A model generated the notes under the pieces. The model saw only the letters and a program-made list of their open reading frames with translations. It was not told the DNA's origin and made no database searches. 64,000 bases of DNA from the sequence record PZ154897.1; one strand, 5' to 3'. The first letter of the stretch is position 1. Each line of letters opens with the position of its first letter. The translations under genes were made by a program, and so were the position numbers. The stretch is from a phage. Shown one piece after another: positions 38,312-48,089 of this stretch.

Positions 38312-38343
38312 CCAAAAAGCCCCAACCTTTCGGTCGGGGCTAA
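38309..38343. repeat. 35-bp perfect direct repeat (copy 2) carrying a terminator hairpin
   Basis: Identical to 37766-37800; the two copies bracket the CTS-protein gene 37806..38264. Confidence 0.8.
38312..38341 (-). terminator. Intrinsic terminator ending the tRNA/stable-RNA transcription unit
   Basis: Hairpin 38319-38340 with A5 at 38314-38318; identical to the copy at 37769-37798. Confidence 0.6.
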
Positions 38344-38344
38344 A

Positions 38345-38655
38345 GCCTTGCGGCAACCTTGTCGGGGTTCCACCTGCTAAGGCAAGTGTTTGTACGAAAC
38401 GCCGGGATTCGAACCCGGTTATTAAGCAGTTGACGCTACTTAATATTTTTAAAAGGCCATATCTCGACCATATCCGAACGTTCCGTCAAAAACGCTACTC
38501 GGCTTACGGCAAAGATATTTCCTCGAATCGATAATTCGGTGCGCCGTTTCTGCTGTGATGTAAGAGGGCATCAACAAATCATAAAGATTTATTAACGCAA
38601 TTCCTTACCCAGGGAACATCAGTCCGACGACTTACCGGTAGCGACCCGGTTTCTT
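38345..38655 (-). ncRNA. Probable small stable RNA region (position of T4 species 1 and 2 RNAs), includes a tRNA-like T-arm
   Basis: No ORF; lies between tRNA-Arg and a terminator; cggg-attcgaa-cccgg T-arm-like element at 38403-38419; boundaries not determined. Confidence 0.3.
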
Positions 38656-38658
38656 GTC

Positions 38659-38735
<77 letters not shown>

Positions 38736-38738
38736 TAA

Positions 38739-39404
38739 TTAAAATTTCATTTTTCGACCTTTAAACCATCCTTCTGGAATTGGGTCAGTTTTCTTAATAC
38801 GTTTAGAAACTTTTTCATCTAATGAATGAATCCACATCATACCAAATTGGGAATTCTTTTCGCCCTGTTGGTGTTTATTTCTGGCGTGAGATTCTTTCAT
38901 TTTATTAATAGTTTCAGGAGTATGGGTCTTACCCAAGAAAGATTTAATATTTAAAAATTTCTCTCTATACTTAGGATTATCCCAAAGCTGTTTAAACCTT
39001 TCTGAACCCATTTTACGATATTTTTCTTTAAGGTCTGGGTCGTTCTCAAATCTGGTTTTAAAAGCAGCAGCCCCTTTTAAGGAAGCTTCTTTCTTTTTAT
39101 CCAAATATTCTTTAGTGTTTAAATGGTCCCAACCACCTTCACCACCTAATTTCAAATTATAAACATCAGGGCGCTTTAAAAACTCTTCAGTCACAATATT
39201 CTTTTCTGACTCAAACATAGAGGTTTTATCGTCAAAGAACTCTAATATTTCTTTAGAGAAATTTTCTATACCATACTTGTCTTGGGCTCTTTTTAATAAT
39301 TTACCAGAACCCATATATCCATCATCTAAATTTTCGGTAGAATGAGCGCCTATATAGATTTTATTATTAATTTTATTTGTTATTTTATAAGTGTAATGGA
39401 ACAT
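38739..39404 (-). CDS. segB: GIY-YIG homing endonuclease SegB in the tRNA cluster
   Basis: 221 aa; MFHYTYKITNKINNKIYIGAHS; splits the tRNA cluster as in T4. Confidence 0.85.
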   Translation of the reverse strand: MFHYTYKITNKINNKIYIGAHSTENLDDGYMGSGKLLKRAQDKYGIENFSKEILEFFDDKTSMFESEKNIVTEEFLKRPDVYNLKLGGEGGWDHLNTKEYLDKKKEASLKGAAAFKTRFENDPDLKEKYRKMGSERFKQLWDNPKYREKFLNIKSFLGKTHTPETINKMKESHARNKHQQGEKNSQFGMMWIHSLDEKVSKRIKKTDPIPEGWFKGRKMKF

Positions 39405-39445
39405 AAATATCTCCTATTTCTAAGAGTATTTATGTTCCCAAAATA

Positions 39446-39517
39446 TGGCCCTGGGTGGAATTGAACCACCATCTGGCGATTATGAGTCGCTTGCTTGAAC
39501 CTTCCAGCTACAGGGCC
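39446..39517 (-). tRNA. tRNA-Ile (anticodon CAU)
   Basis: Perfect 7-bp acceptor ggccctg/cagggcc; anticodon loop CUCAUAA; T-arm GGUGG-UUCAAUU-CCACC; CCA not encoded. Confidence 0.75.
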
Positions 39518-39523
39518 TTGATA

Positions 39524-39596
39524 TGCTGATTGACGGAATCGAACCGCCGACATCCTCATTACAAGTGAGGTGCTCTACCTACTGAGCTAAATCAGC
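39524..39596 (-). tRNA. tRNA-Thr (anticodon UGU)
   Basis: Acceptor gctgatt/aatcagc; anticodon stem-loop with CUUGUAA. Confidence 0.75.
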
Positions 39597-39603
39597 GAAA
39601 TTA

Positions 39604-39690
39604 CGGAGGCGATAGGATTTGAACCTATGAGTCACCGGAGCGACTGCCGGTTTTCAAGACCGGTGCATTAAACCACTCTGCCACGCCTCC
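39604..39690 (-). tRNA. tRNA-Ser (anticodon UGA), long variable arm
   Basis: Acceptor ggaggcg/cgcctcc; anticodon loop CUUGAAA; 87 nt. Confidence 0.75.
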
Positions 39691-39692
39691 AG

Positions 39693-39766
39693 TCTCCGCG
39701 GCAGGATTTGAACCTGTGACATTCTGCTCCCAAAGCAGACGCTCTACCAAACTGAGCTACACGGAG
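39693..39766 (-). tRNA. tRNA-Pro (anticodon UGG)
   Basis: Acceptor with one U-G pair; anticodon loop UUUGGGA. Confidence 0.7.
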
Positions 39767-39778
39767 TAAATTAAATTT

Positions 39779-39850
<72 letters not shown>

Positions 39851-39856
39851 AAACTT

Positions 39857-39943
39857 TGGTACGAGAAGTGGGACTCGAACCCACAAGGAAATCATTCCGC
39901 AGCATTTTAAGTGCTGTGCCTTTACCAATTTGACCATTCTCGC
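39857..39943 (-). tRNA. tRNA-Leu (anticodon UAA), long variable arm, CCA encoded
   Basis: 5' GCGAGAA; anticodon loop CUUAAAA; 3' CCA from plus-strand tgg at 39857-39859. Confidence 0.75.
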
Positions 39944-39944
39944 G

Positions 39945-40017
39945 CGGGGAATAAAGGACTCGAACCTTTGCATCTAGCAGTCAAAGTGCTATGCCTTACC
40001 AACTTGGCTAATTCCCA
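39945..40017 (-). tRNA. tRNA-Gln (anticodon UUG)
   Basis: 5' UGGGAAU; anticodon loop CUUUGAC; position 1-72 is a mismatch; directly abuts tRNA-Leu. Confidence 0.7.
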
Positions 40018-40079
40018 ATTATTAACAAAGGCTCTCTAACAAGAACCCTTGATGATAGAGGGTATTAATCAGTGCGATA

Positions 40080-40113
40080 TGAGTTAATAATAACAAATAA
40101 TTCTTAAAGCATA
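40080..40113 (-). promoter_or_regulatory. Candidate MotA-dependent middle promoter upstream of the tRNA cluster
   Basis: Minus-strand ATGCTTTAA (MotA-box-like) at 40105-40113 followed about 12 nt later by a TATTAT-like -10. Confidence 0.3.
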
Positions 40114-40114
40114 T

Positions 40115-40402
40115 TTACCATTTATGATAATACATATTTACGATGCATTCAAGACCCAAAGAATTCTTGAAAATATCATATTCAAGAGGACCTTTTTCTG
40201 TTTCAATAAAGAAATCAAAGTTAACTGTGTTAAATTTACGGTCTTCCTTCACTAATTTAACTTGAGAAGATGAACGGTCAACATAAACCTTTTCAACTTC
40301 AAAACATGTTAAAACGCCATAATCATCAATCAAGGCTTTAGCTGCTTCTTGATCATATTTATATCCATTTTCAATGGATGATACTTTCGCATAAAGAATC
40401 AT
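40115..40402 (-). CDS. Hypothetical protein, 95 aa
   Basis: ORF track; no capsid-targeting sequence. Confidence 0.45.
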   Translation of the reverse strand: MILYAKVSSIENGYKYDQEAAKALIDDYGVLTCFEVEKVYVDRSSSQVKLVKEDRKFNTVNFDFFIETEKGPLEYDIFKNSLGLECIVNMYYHKW

Positions 40403-40404
40403 TA

Positions 40405-40788
40405 TCAGCCTTCATCAACAATAGTATGAGTATTGGCATTTACAATTTGCCACCAATCAAAGCGGTTGGAACCATAATCTGGTTTGTTTTCATTTTCTTT
40501 GATAATGTCACGGAGTTCATCTTCAGTGGCGGCTTTCGCGATTAAATCAGCATATCCACCACGAGGATAATAATTATCACCTGCAAAAAGTAAAAAATTT
40601 GGTTTAATATTATTAAACTCTTCAAGAGTAATAACTTTTCCTGATGGTAGTTGAACAATCTCTACATATTTATATCCTAATTTTTGAGCAGCATCTACTG
40701 CTTCAAGCAAAGTATCATGAGCCCATCCAATTTGACAACCTGGCTTTTCAGATGGATTAGCCTGATAATCCGCGTACACTTTATACAT
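40405..40788 (-). CDS. Hypothetical protein, about 127 aa
   Basis: ORF track 40405..40821 trimmed to ATG 40788 with SD AAGGTG. Confidence 0.45.
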   Translation of the reverse strand: MYKVYADYQANPSEKPGCQIGWAHDTLLEAVDAAQKLGYKYVEIVQLPSGKVITLEEFNNIKPNFLLFAGDNYYPRGGYADLIAKAATEDELRDIIKENENKPDYGSNRFDWWQIVNANTHTIVDEG

Positions 40789-40789
40789 T

Positions 40790-40975
40790 CTATTCACCTT
40801 TAGAAATTTTATCCATAACAATAGCGATTAAACCAATTAAAAATGCTACTACAAGTGAAAACACATTTTCTGCTGTAGTTAATAATCCACATATAAATCC
40901 AACAAACATTGAAAAACTAAAAGCAGAAGCAGAAATTGCAATAGCAACATTTCGAATTAATTCACATCGTTTCAT
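40790..40975 (-). CDS. Small membrane protein, 61 aa
   Basis: Two hydrophobic helices; SD GAGGAG; downstream of an early promoter cassette. Confidence 0.45.
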   Translation of the reverse strand: MKRCELIRNVAIAISASAFSFSMFVGFICGLLTTAENVFSLVVAFLIGLIAIVMDKISKGE

Positions 40976-40992
40976 TTTATTCTCCTCAGTAA

Positions 40993-41038
40993 TTGATAGG
41001 GTAATAGTATCACACTACTACCCAGAAGTAAACAACTT
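40993..41038. repeat. Repeated early-promoter cassette, copy A (ttgatagggtaatagtatcaca ... gtaaacaactt)
   Basis: About 45-bp unit also found at 41285-41330 and 41621-41667. Confidence 0.7.
41005..41033 (-). promoter_or_regulatory. T4-type early promoter (cassette copy A)
   Basis: gtaaac at 41028-41033, 17-bp spacer, tagtatcaca at 41005-41014. Confidence 0.5.
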
Positions 41039-41261
41039 ATTCCGCTCCAGCAGCTTTCAAAAGCTTTTTAAGATTAACAGTGCCACGAGCAGAAAACGTG
41101 ACTTTACCATCCTTTTCACTAATAGAGCCAGTTAACTTAGAAAGTTTATCGCTAGGAATTTTTTTAAAATCACTTAATGTACCATCAAAAGTTTTCGTAA
41201 CAATTGGTAGTTCATCTTCATGTCTTTTAGCTTCATTGATAAATTCTTGATATGTTTTCAT
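41037..41261 (-). CDS. Internal-protein-like capsid-targeted protein (CTS MKTYQEFINE)
   Basis: ORF track 41037..41273; likely start at ATG 41261, giving the canonical CTS with I-N-E protease site; about 74 aa. Confidence 0.55.
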   Translation of the reverse strand: MKTYQEFINEAKRHEDELPIVTKTFDGTLSDFKKIPSDKLSKLTGSISEKDGKVTFSARGTVNLKKLLKAAGAE

Positions 41262-41284
41262 TTTGATTTCCATTTAGTTTTGTT

Positions 41285-41330
41285 TTGATAGGGTAATAGT
41301 ATCACAACTAAACCACCGTGTAAACAATTT
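41285..41330. repeat. Repeated early-promoter cassette, copy B
   Basis: Near-identical to copies A and C. Confidence 0.7.
41297..41325 (-). promoter_or_regulatory. T4-type early promoter (cassette copy B)
   Basis: gtaaac at 41320-41325; tagtatcaca at 41297-41306. Confidence 0.5.
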
Positions 41331-41601
41331 ATTTTAAATAAATTGCATATTTTTTATAACCAGCCGTCTCGTGACGCAGACCTTTTTCATTAGCAAAGCG
41401 TTCAATATTATTAATTTGATTCTGATCAAGTTCTGAAATATCAAATACAAAAAAGTTTCGTTTATTTCCTAACGTTACATGATTCGTCAAATCAATGTTA
41501 TAAAGATGATTTATATTATCAATCATAGTCTTAACAGATTTGCTAATTTTTACTTCTTCATTAAGAGCAGATTCAACGATAAACTCTTTGAAAGTTTTCA
41601 T
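41329..41601 (-). CDS. Internal-protein-like capsid-targeted protein (CTS MKTFKEFIVE)
   Basis: 90 aa; CTS-like N-terminus with I-V-E site; SD AGGAA. Confidence 0.5.
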   Translation of the reverse strand: MKTFKEFIVESALNEEVKISKSVKTMIDNINHLYNIDLTNHVTLGNKRNFFVFDISELDQNQINNIERFANEKGLRHETAGYKKYAIYLK

Positions 41602-41620
41602 TTTATTTTCCTAATTAATT

Positions 41621-41667
41621 TTGATGAGGTAATAGTATCACAACTAAAACCCCGTGTAAACAACTTT
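41621..41667. repeat. Repeated early-promoter cassette, copy C
   Basis: Near-identical to copies A and B. Confidence 0.7.
41633..41661 (-). promoter_or_regulatory. T4-type early promoter (cassette copy C)
   Basis: gtaaac at 41656-41661; tagtatcaca at 41633-41642. Confidence 0.5.
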
Positions 41668-41673
41668 GTGAAA

Positions 41674-42370
<697 letters not shown>

Positions 42371-42371
<1 letters not shown>

Positions 42372-43084
42372 TATAGTACCTTTAGTGTATTTTTAATTTT
42401 AGAAAAAAGTTCTTCAAGAGAACCATCGTTTGTAATTACTAAATCGCCATCACGAATTGGCAATCCAGCTTCTGTAATATGTGTATCATTGGATTTTTGA
42501 CCAGGACGAACTACATGAATTACTGTAGCACCCATCGCCCTAGCCGCATCCATTTCATGATCTTGACGAGTATCAGGAACGATATAATAATCATAACCTG
42601 AGTTAAATTTATCAAGATAATCTAAAGCAAATAATTTTACCCAATACATGCGGTCGAAGTTATTAACAATCAAATCCGTACCTAGGGCTTGCATCAGACG
42701 ACGGACTGACCATTGATCTTCAATATTATTTATAACGTCAGCAATCTTGTTAAATGCTACGAAATTAACTGCGTCATCAAAAACAAACACACCTTTAATT
42801 GGGCTTTTACTATTAAGATAGCAAAATGCTTGTTCCATAATCGTGATTACTTCTGATTTAGTCAGATTTAAATTAGTCTCACGATCATAGTCAATTCCTT
42901 CAAACTCTCTACGAGTTAAGCAAGGATAGTCAGTGTTTGCTGCAAATACACCCCATGCATAAGCCAATGCATCTTTAATAGGACCAGCAAGTTGATATTT
43001 AACTGCAGAATAATTATTCATGATAAAATCTGCAGTAGTATCTTTTCCACTACGCTTTACACCACTTAAAAAGATTAGTTTCAT
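42371..43084 (-). CDS. 1: Deoxynucleoside monophosphate kinase gp1
   Basis: 237 aa; P-loop GVKRSGKDT. Confidence 0.9.
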
Positions 43085-43133
43085 ATGTTTCTCCTCAAAT
43101 TTAGTTAAGATTATAACACATGAAACTTAAGCA

Positions 43134-43664
43134 TTAAACTTCTGCTATAATTTTGCCATCTTTTTCTACTTGAAAATACGTATAAGGAATCGTTGCTGTG
43201 CATACTAAAGCTGGGTCTGAATCTTCTGTGTAGCTAAATTCTACTTCAGACAGGTCAGAAACCCAAGGCTTATAAAAGTTTATTGACATCACGATTTCAG
43301 TTTTACTATTATCTAAAATGTAAAGCGTAATGTATTCAGGACCTGTTTTTTGGGCAGTATTTTCGCCTGTAAGATAGTTACTAGTTCCTAGCATCCATTC
43401 ATACATTCCTATCCACGACTTAAGTTCTTCATCAACTATAAATCTCACAATGAGTGGGTCGTACTCAAATGTAACTCCTGGACGTTGTGCTCGGCCCAGT
43501 CCAAACGGCCCAGTCACAGTATCAGTAACAGGTATTCTAATTCCTGGAATAGGAACTGACTGAGCATTTAAAGTAAAAGCAGATGTAGTATTACTATGTG
43601 GTATTGATACTACAAAGTTAGTTGTATTTGCTTGGTTAAAAATTTGTTGCAGAGCTTGCGACAT
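43134..43664 (-). CDS. 3: Tail tube terminator / sheath stabiliser gp3
   Basis: ORF track 43134..43745 trimmed to ATG 43664 (MSQALQQIFNQ, SD GAGGAA), 176 aa. Confidence 0.85.
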   Translation of the reverse strand: MSQALQQIFNQANTTNFVVSIPHSNTTSAFTLNAQSVPIPGIRIPVTDTVTGPFGLGRAQRPGVTFEYDPLIVRFIVDEELKSWIGMYEWMLGTSNYLTGENTAQKTGPEYITLYILDNSKTEIVMSINFYKPWVSDLSEVEFSYTEDSDPALVCTATIPYTYFQVEKDGKIIAEV

Positions 43665-43770
43665 ATATTCCTCATAATGCTTTATAAATGTTGGTGGTAT
43701 AATGGGTCTAAGTCCCTTCCATTCAATTCCAATTAGAACAAACAATAGAAAAGAATGGAAGATAATAGAA

Positions 43771-44430
43771 TTAATTTATTAGACTTCTTAAACGAGCAGA
43801 AGTCATAAATGGAAATTTTTCTAAAGTTGGCTTTCGCCAATATCTTGGATGACAAGTTGATTTAAAATCAAGAACAATTTTCTTTGCTTCATCAATAGTG
43901 CTAACTCCAAAGTTATCTAACATTATTTTCTTTTCTTTTTCCCACCGTTTATTAGCTAAAGCAGATTGAAGCTTTTTGTTTTTAAATGTATCATTTTTTC
44001 TAGAATGAGTTGTGCCTTGTGTCGGACTCCATCCTCTTCCTAAAATAAATCCCTCAGGAATTATATCTCCATCATGCAATTTTATACATCTTTTACCATT
44101 ATTATAATATTTTCGTCCAGTTTGTGTATTTGAAATATTATTTGCATGTTTTCTTTTTAACCAACCATAAACTTTATTATTTCTCCTAACATATTTAGTT
44201 GAAACCGTCATTTTTATGGCCGCATAAGATAATTTTAAAGAATTTGGGTGTATTTTTACTAATAGTTGATGTGCAACATAATGCTCTTCTGGAGTTAAAT
44301 CAACCAAGTTAGAAGCATCATTACTACCGCCTAAACATTTCGGAATAATATGATGTCTTTCTTTATATCCAGTAAGGGCTCTATTGCGAGCCCTATCAAT
44401 TAGTGAATTATAAATTTTTTCATAATTCAT
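43771..44430 (-). CDS. HNH endonuclease (free-standing homing-endonuclease-like) between genes 2 and 3
   Basis: HNH motif [27 protein letters not shown]; ATG 44430 forms an ATGA overlap with the gene 2 stop; ORF track begins 5 codons upstream at TTG. Confidence 0.7.
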   Translation of the reverse strand: MNYEKIYNSLIDRARNRALTGYKERHHIIPKCLGGSNDASNLVDLTPEEHYVAHQLLVKIHPNSLKLSYAAIKMTVSTKYVRRNNKVYGWLKRKHANNISNTQTGRKYYNNGKRCIKLHDGDIIPEGFILGRGWSPTQGTTHSRKNDTFKNKKLQSALANKRWEKEKKIMLDNFGVSTIDEAKKIVLDFKSTCHPRYWRKPTLEKFPFMTSARLRSLIN

Positions 44431-45254
44431 CGTACATTGCTCCAAACTTTGTTTGCAGAGAAACGTTTTCCTTTGGAGTAGAAGCTTTGGAGTGGCATCA
44501 ACACAACGTTCGCCCAGTCTTTCGGGGCGATTTCAACAAGGCTACCCATAATATTACCAGGTATATATGCCTTAATCATTTGGTCTGCACCCCTAAATCC
44601 TTTCACTTGACTCCAATCAATTTTTAATTTCGTTTTATTAGTAATAGTAGGTGTATTTGAATATTGCTTTAAAAGCTCTTCTAGAAATTGCTGACGAGCT
44701 TTAGGTGGAATATAGTGCAAGTTCAATCCATACATTAAATTATGTTTACCTAAACCGAGGTAAATTATCAAAGGAAATTTATCCCAATAAGGAAGAGTTT
44801 CCTTGTGTTTAGCATCATAAGCAAAAGCATATATTCGTCCCGGCTGCGGGCGAACAACTTTATGTCCTTTTACTTGCTTAATAGTTTCAGCAAACCACTT
44901 TCTGGTTTTATTATTAATTGCTGCGCCTTCATTACGAATTTTATCACGCAATGTTTGTCTGAATGAATTTATCATAAGCAGTTGTCTTTCTTGCTTATTG
45001 AGTTTATTCATTGGTTTTGATTCAAGCTTTTGAATCTTTTCAGCCGTTTTAATTCCTGAAGCATATTTTGACATTGCCGAAGTAAACGTAGAGTATTTGA
45101 TTCCTCTTTCTTCAGCAAATTGCTTTCCTGTCATTCCTTTTGCTTTGGCCTTTTTGTATTCAAGACCTATCTGAATCCATTTCTTTTCATTTAATGATTG
45201 CTTAACCTTTGGAACTTGGGGAGTGCTTTCATTAATTATTTGAAAAATAGCCAT
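44427..45254 (-). CDS. 2: DNA end protector protein gp2
   Basis: 275 aa; position between genes 4 and 3. Confidence 0.85.
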   Translation of the reverse strand: MAIFQIINESTPQVPKVKQSLNEKKWIQIGLEYKKAKAKGMTGKQFAEERGIKYSTFTSAMSKYASGIKTAEKIQKLESKPMNKLNKQERQLLMINSFRQTLRDKIRNEGAAINNKTRKWFAETIKQVKGHKVVRPQPGRIYAFAYDAKHKETLPYWDKFPLIIYLGLGKHNLMYGLNLHYIPPKARQQFLEELLKQYSNTPTITNKTKLKIDWSQVKGFRGADQMIKAYIPGNIMGSLVEIAPKDWANVVLMPLQSFYSKGKRFSANKVWSNVR

Positions 45255-45706
45255 TATGCCCCCTTAAAGCCAAGAGCTCTTAATCCATCTTCTGTTAGAA
45301 TTCTAAATTTTATTCCACGCTTTTCAGCTAAAGCCTGCGCTGCTTTCCATTTGTCAGTATTAACAGAATATGTATAAATTTCATTCATAAATCTTTTCTT
45401 CGCTGCAGTTGTTAGATGTGCTGGTTTAACTGGTGGTTGTGTTTCTTTTTTAGGTTTTATTTCAATAAAAAATTCTTGTCCAGAAGAATCTTTCATCCAA
45501 ATATCCATGAAGTATCTACGTTTTTTCCCTTCTGCATTACAAAAATAAGGAATTACTGCTGTTTCACTACCCCATGCAATAATTTCTGGATTTTTATCTA
45601 ACCATTCAAAAAAGAATTTTTCCCAATTTGATCTATACGTAATTTTTTTAGGGTCACCTCTATATTTTGATATATTTTTAGGAACCCATTTTCCAGAATA
45701 TGCCAT
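45254..45706 (-). CDS. 4: Head completion protein gp4
   Basis: 150 aa, [21 protein letters not shown]; SD GGAG. Confidence 0.88.
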   Translation of the reverse strand: MAYSGKWVPKNISKYRGDPKKITYRSNWEKFFFEWLDKNPEIIAWGSETAVIPYFCNAEGKKRRYFMDIWMKDSSGQEFFIEIKPKKETQPPVKPAHLTTAAKKRFMNEIYTYSVNTDKWKAAQALAEKRGIKFRILTEDGLRALGFKGA

Positions 45707-45717
45707 TGGATTCTCCT

Positions 45718-45725
45718 TATAAATA
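45718..45725 (+). promoter_or_regulatory. Late promoter TATAAATA for gene 53
   Basis: tataaata at 45718-45725, 29 nt upstream of the gene 53 ATG. Confidence 0.55.
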
Positions 45726-45732
45726 GATAATA

Positions 45733-45740
45733 TATTTATA
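45733..45740 (-). promoter_or_regulatory. Late promoter TATAAATA for gene 4
   Basis: Plus-strand tatttata at 45733-45740. Confidence 0.5.
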
Positions 45741-45753
45741 AACAGGAGGGCCC

Positions 45754-46344
45754 ATGCTCTTTACATTTTTTGATCCGATTGAATATGCGGCCAAAACGGT
45801 GAATAAAAACGCGCCGACTATTCCTATGACAGATATTTTTAGAAACTATAAAGACTATTTCAAACGTGCTCTTGCGGGATACCGCTTACGTACTTATTAT
45901 ATTAAAGGTTCACCACGCCCGGAAGAATTAGCAAATGCTATATATGGAAATCCGCAGTTGTATTGGGTTTTATTGATGTGTAATGATAATTATGATCCGT
46001 ATTATGGATGGATTACTTCGCAAGAAGCTGCTTATCAAGCATCTATACAAAAATACAAAAACGTAGGTGGAGACCAAATAGTATATCATGTGAATGAAAA
46101 CGGTGAAAAATTTTATAATTTAATATCATACGATGATAATCCATATGTTTGGTATGACAAAGGCGATAAAGCTAGAAAATATCCTCAATATGAAGGAGCA
46201 CTTGCTGCGGTCGATACGTATGAAGCTGCTGTTCTTGAAAATGAAAAACTTCGTCAAATAAAAATAATAGCAAAATCAGACATCAATTCATTTATGAACG
46301 ACCTTATACGTATAATGGAGAAATCTTATGGAAATGATAAGTAA
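45754..46344 (+). CDS. 53: Baseplate wedge protein gp53
   Basis: 196 aa; SD GGAGGG; first plus-strand late gene. Confidence 0.9.
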   Translation: MLFTFFDPIEYAAKTVNKNAPTIPMTDIFRNYKDYFKRALAGYRLRTYYIKGSPRPEELANAIYGNPQLYWVLLMCNDNYDPYYGWITSQEAAYQASIQKYKNVGGDQIVYHVNENGEKFYNLISYDDNPYVWYDKGDKARKYPQYEGALAAVDTYEAAVLENEKLRQIKIIAKSDINSFMNDLIRIMEKSYGNDK

Positions 46345-48055
46345 TAACCTTAATTGGTTTGTTGGTGTTGTTGAAGATAGAATGGACCCATTAAAATTAG
46401 GTCGTGTTCGTGTTCGTGTAGTTGGTCTGCATCCACCTCAAAGAGCGCAAGGCGACGTAATGGGTATTCCAACTGATAAATTACCATGGATGTCAGTTAT
46501 TCAACCTATAACTTCTGCAGCAATGTCTGGAATTGGAGGCTCCGTTACTGGTCCAGTAGAAGGAACTAGAGTTTATGGTCATTTTTTAGACAAATGGAAA
46601 ACTAACGGAATTGTCCTTGGCACTTATGGTGGAATAGTTCGCGAAAAACCGAATAGACTTGAAGGATTTTCTGACCCGACTGGACAGTATCCTAGACGTC
46701 TAGGAAATGATACTAACGTATTAAACCAAGGCGGAGAAGTAGGATATGATTCGTCTTCTAATATTATCCAAGATAGCAATCTAGATACTGCGATAAATCC
46801 CGATGATAGACCGTTATCAGAAATTCCAACTGATGATAATCCAAATATGTCAATGGCTGAAATGCTTCGCCGTGATGAAGGATTAAGACTAAAAGTTTAT
46901 TGGGATACTGAAGGATATCCGACAATTGGTATTGGTCATCTTATCATGAAGCAACCAGTTCGTGATATGACCCAAATTAATAAAGTTTTATCAAAACAGG
47001 TTGGTCGTGAAATTACCGGAAATCCGGGTTCTATTACAATGGAAGAAGCGGTAACTTTATTTGAACGTGATTTAGCTGATATGCAACGTGACATTAAATC
47101 ACATTCTAAAGTTGGCCCAGTTTGGCAGGCAGTTAATCGTTCTCGTCAAATGGCATTAGAAAATATGGCATTTCAGATGGGTGTTGGCGGTGTAGCTAAA
47201 TTTAACACAATGTTAACTGCTATGTTAGCCGGAGATTGGGAAAAAGCATATAAAGCTGGTCGTGATTCATTGTGGTATCAACAAACAAAAGGCCGTGCAT
47301 CCCGTGTTACCATGATTATTCTTACAGGGAATTTGGAATCATACGGTATTGAAGTGAAAACACCGGCTAGGTCTTTGTCAGCAATGGCTGCTGCTGTAGC
47401 AAAGTCTTCTGATCCAGCTGACCCTCCTATTCCGAATGATTCGAGAATTTTATTTAAAGAACCTGTTTCTTCATATAAAGGTGAATATCCGTATGTTCAC
47501 ACAATGGAAACTGAAAGCGGTCATATTCAGGAATTTGACGATACCCCGGGACAAGAACGATACAGATTAGTTCATCCGACTGGAACATATGAGGAAGTAT
47601 CACCGTCAGGAAGAAGAACAAGAAAAACTGTTGATAATTTGTATGATATAACAAATGCTGATGGTAATTTTTTAGTAGCCGGCGATAAAAAGACTAACGT
47701 CGGTGGATCAGAAATTTATTACAACATGGATAATCGTCTTCACCAAATAGATGGAAGCAACACAATATTTGTGCGTGGCGATGAAACTAAGACAGTTGAA
47801 GGTAATGGAACTATCCTAGTCAAAGGTAATGTTACTATTGTAGTTGAAGGTAATGCTGACATTACAGTTAAAGGAGATGCTACCACTTTAGTTGAAGGAA
47901 ATCAGACTAATACAGTAAATGGAAATCTTTCTTGGAAAGTTGCTGGGACAGTTGATTGGGACGTTGGTGGCGATTGGACAGAAAAAATGGCATCTATGAG
48001 TTCTATTTCATCTGGTCAATACACAATTGATGGATCGAGGATTGACATTGGCTAA
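46328..48055 (+). CDS. 5: Baseplate central spike gp5 with lysozyme domain
   Basis: 575 aa; OB-fold N-terminus; lysozyme domain MAEMLRRDEGLRLKVYWDTEGYPTIGIGHL; C-terminal VxGxxxxx beta-helix repeats. Confidence 0.95.
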   Translation: MEMISNNLNWFVGVVEDRMDPLKLGRVRVRVVGLHPPQRAQGDVMGIPTDKLPWMSVIQPITSAAMSGIGGSVTGPVEGTRVYGHFLDKWKTNGIVLGTYGGIVREKPNRLEGFSDPTGQYPRRLGNDTNVLNQGGEVGYDSSSNIIQDSNLDTAINPDDRPLSEIPTDDNPNMSMAEMLRRDEGLRLKVYWDTEGYPTIGIGHLIMKQPVRDMTQINKVLSKQVGREITGNPGSITMEEAVTLFERDLADMQRDIKSHSKVGPVWQAVNRSRQMALENMAFQMGVGGVAKFNTMLTAMLAGDWEKAYKAGRDSLWYQQTKGRASRVTMIILTGNLESYGIEVKTPARSLSAMAAAVAKSSDPADPPIPNDSRILFKEPVSSYKGEYPYVHTMETESGHIQEFDDTPGQERYRLVHPTGTYEEVSPSGRRTRKTVDNLYDITNADGNFLVAGDKKTNVGGSEIYYNMDNRLHQIDGSNTIFVRGDETKTVEGNGTILVKGNVTIVVEGNADITVKGDATTLVEGNQTNTVNGNLSWKVAGTVDWDVGGDWTEKMASMSSISSGQYTIDGSRIDIG

Positions 48056-48089
48056 TATACTTCCAATGAGCGCTGATTTAGGAGAATCC

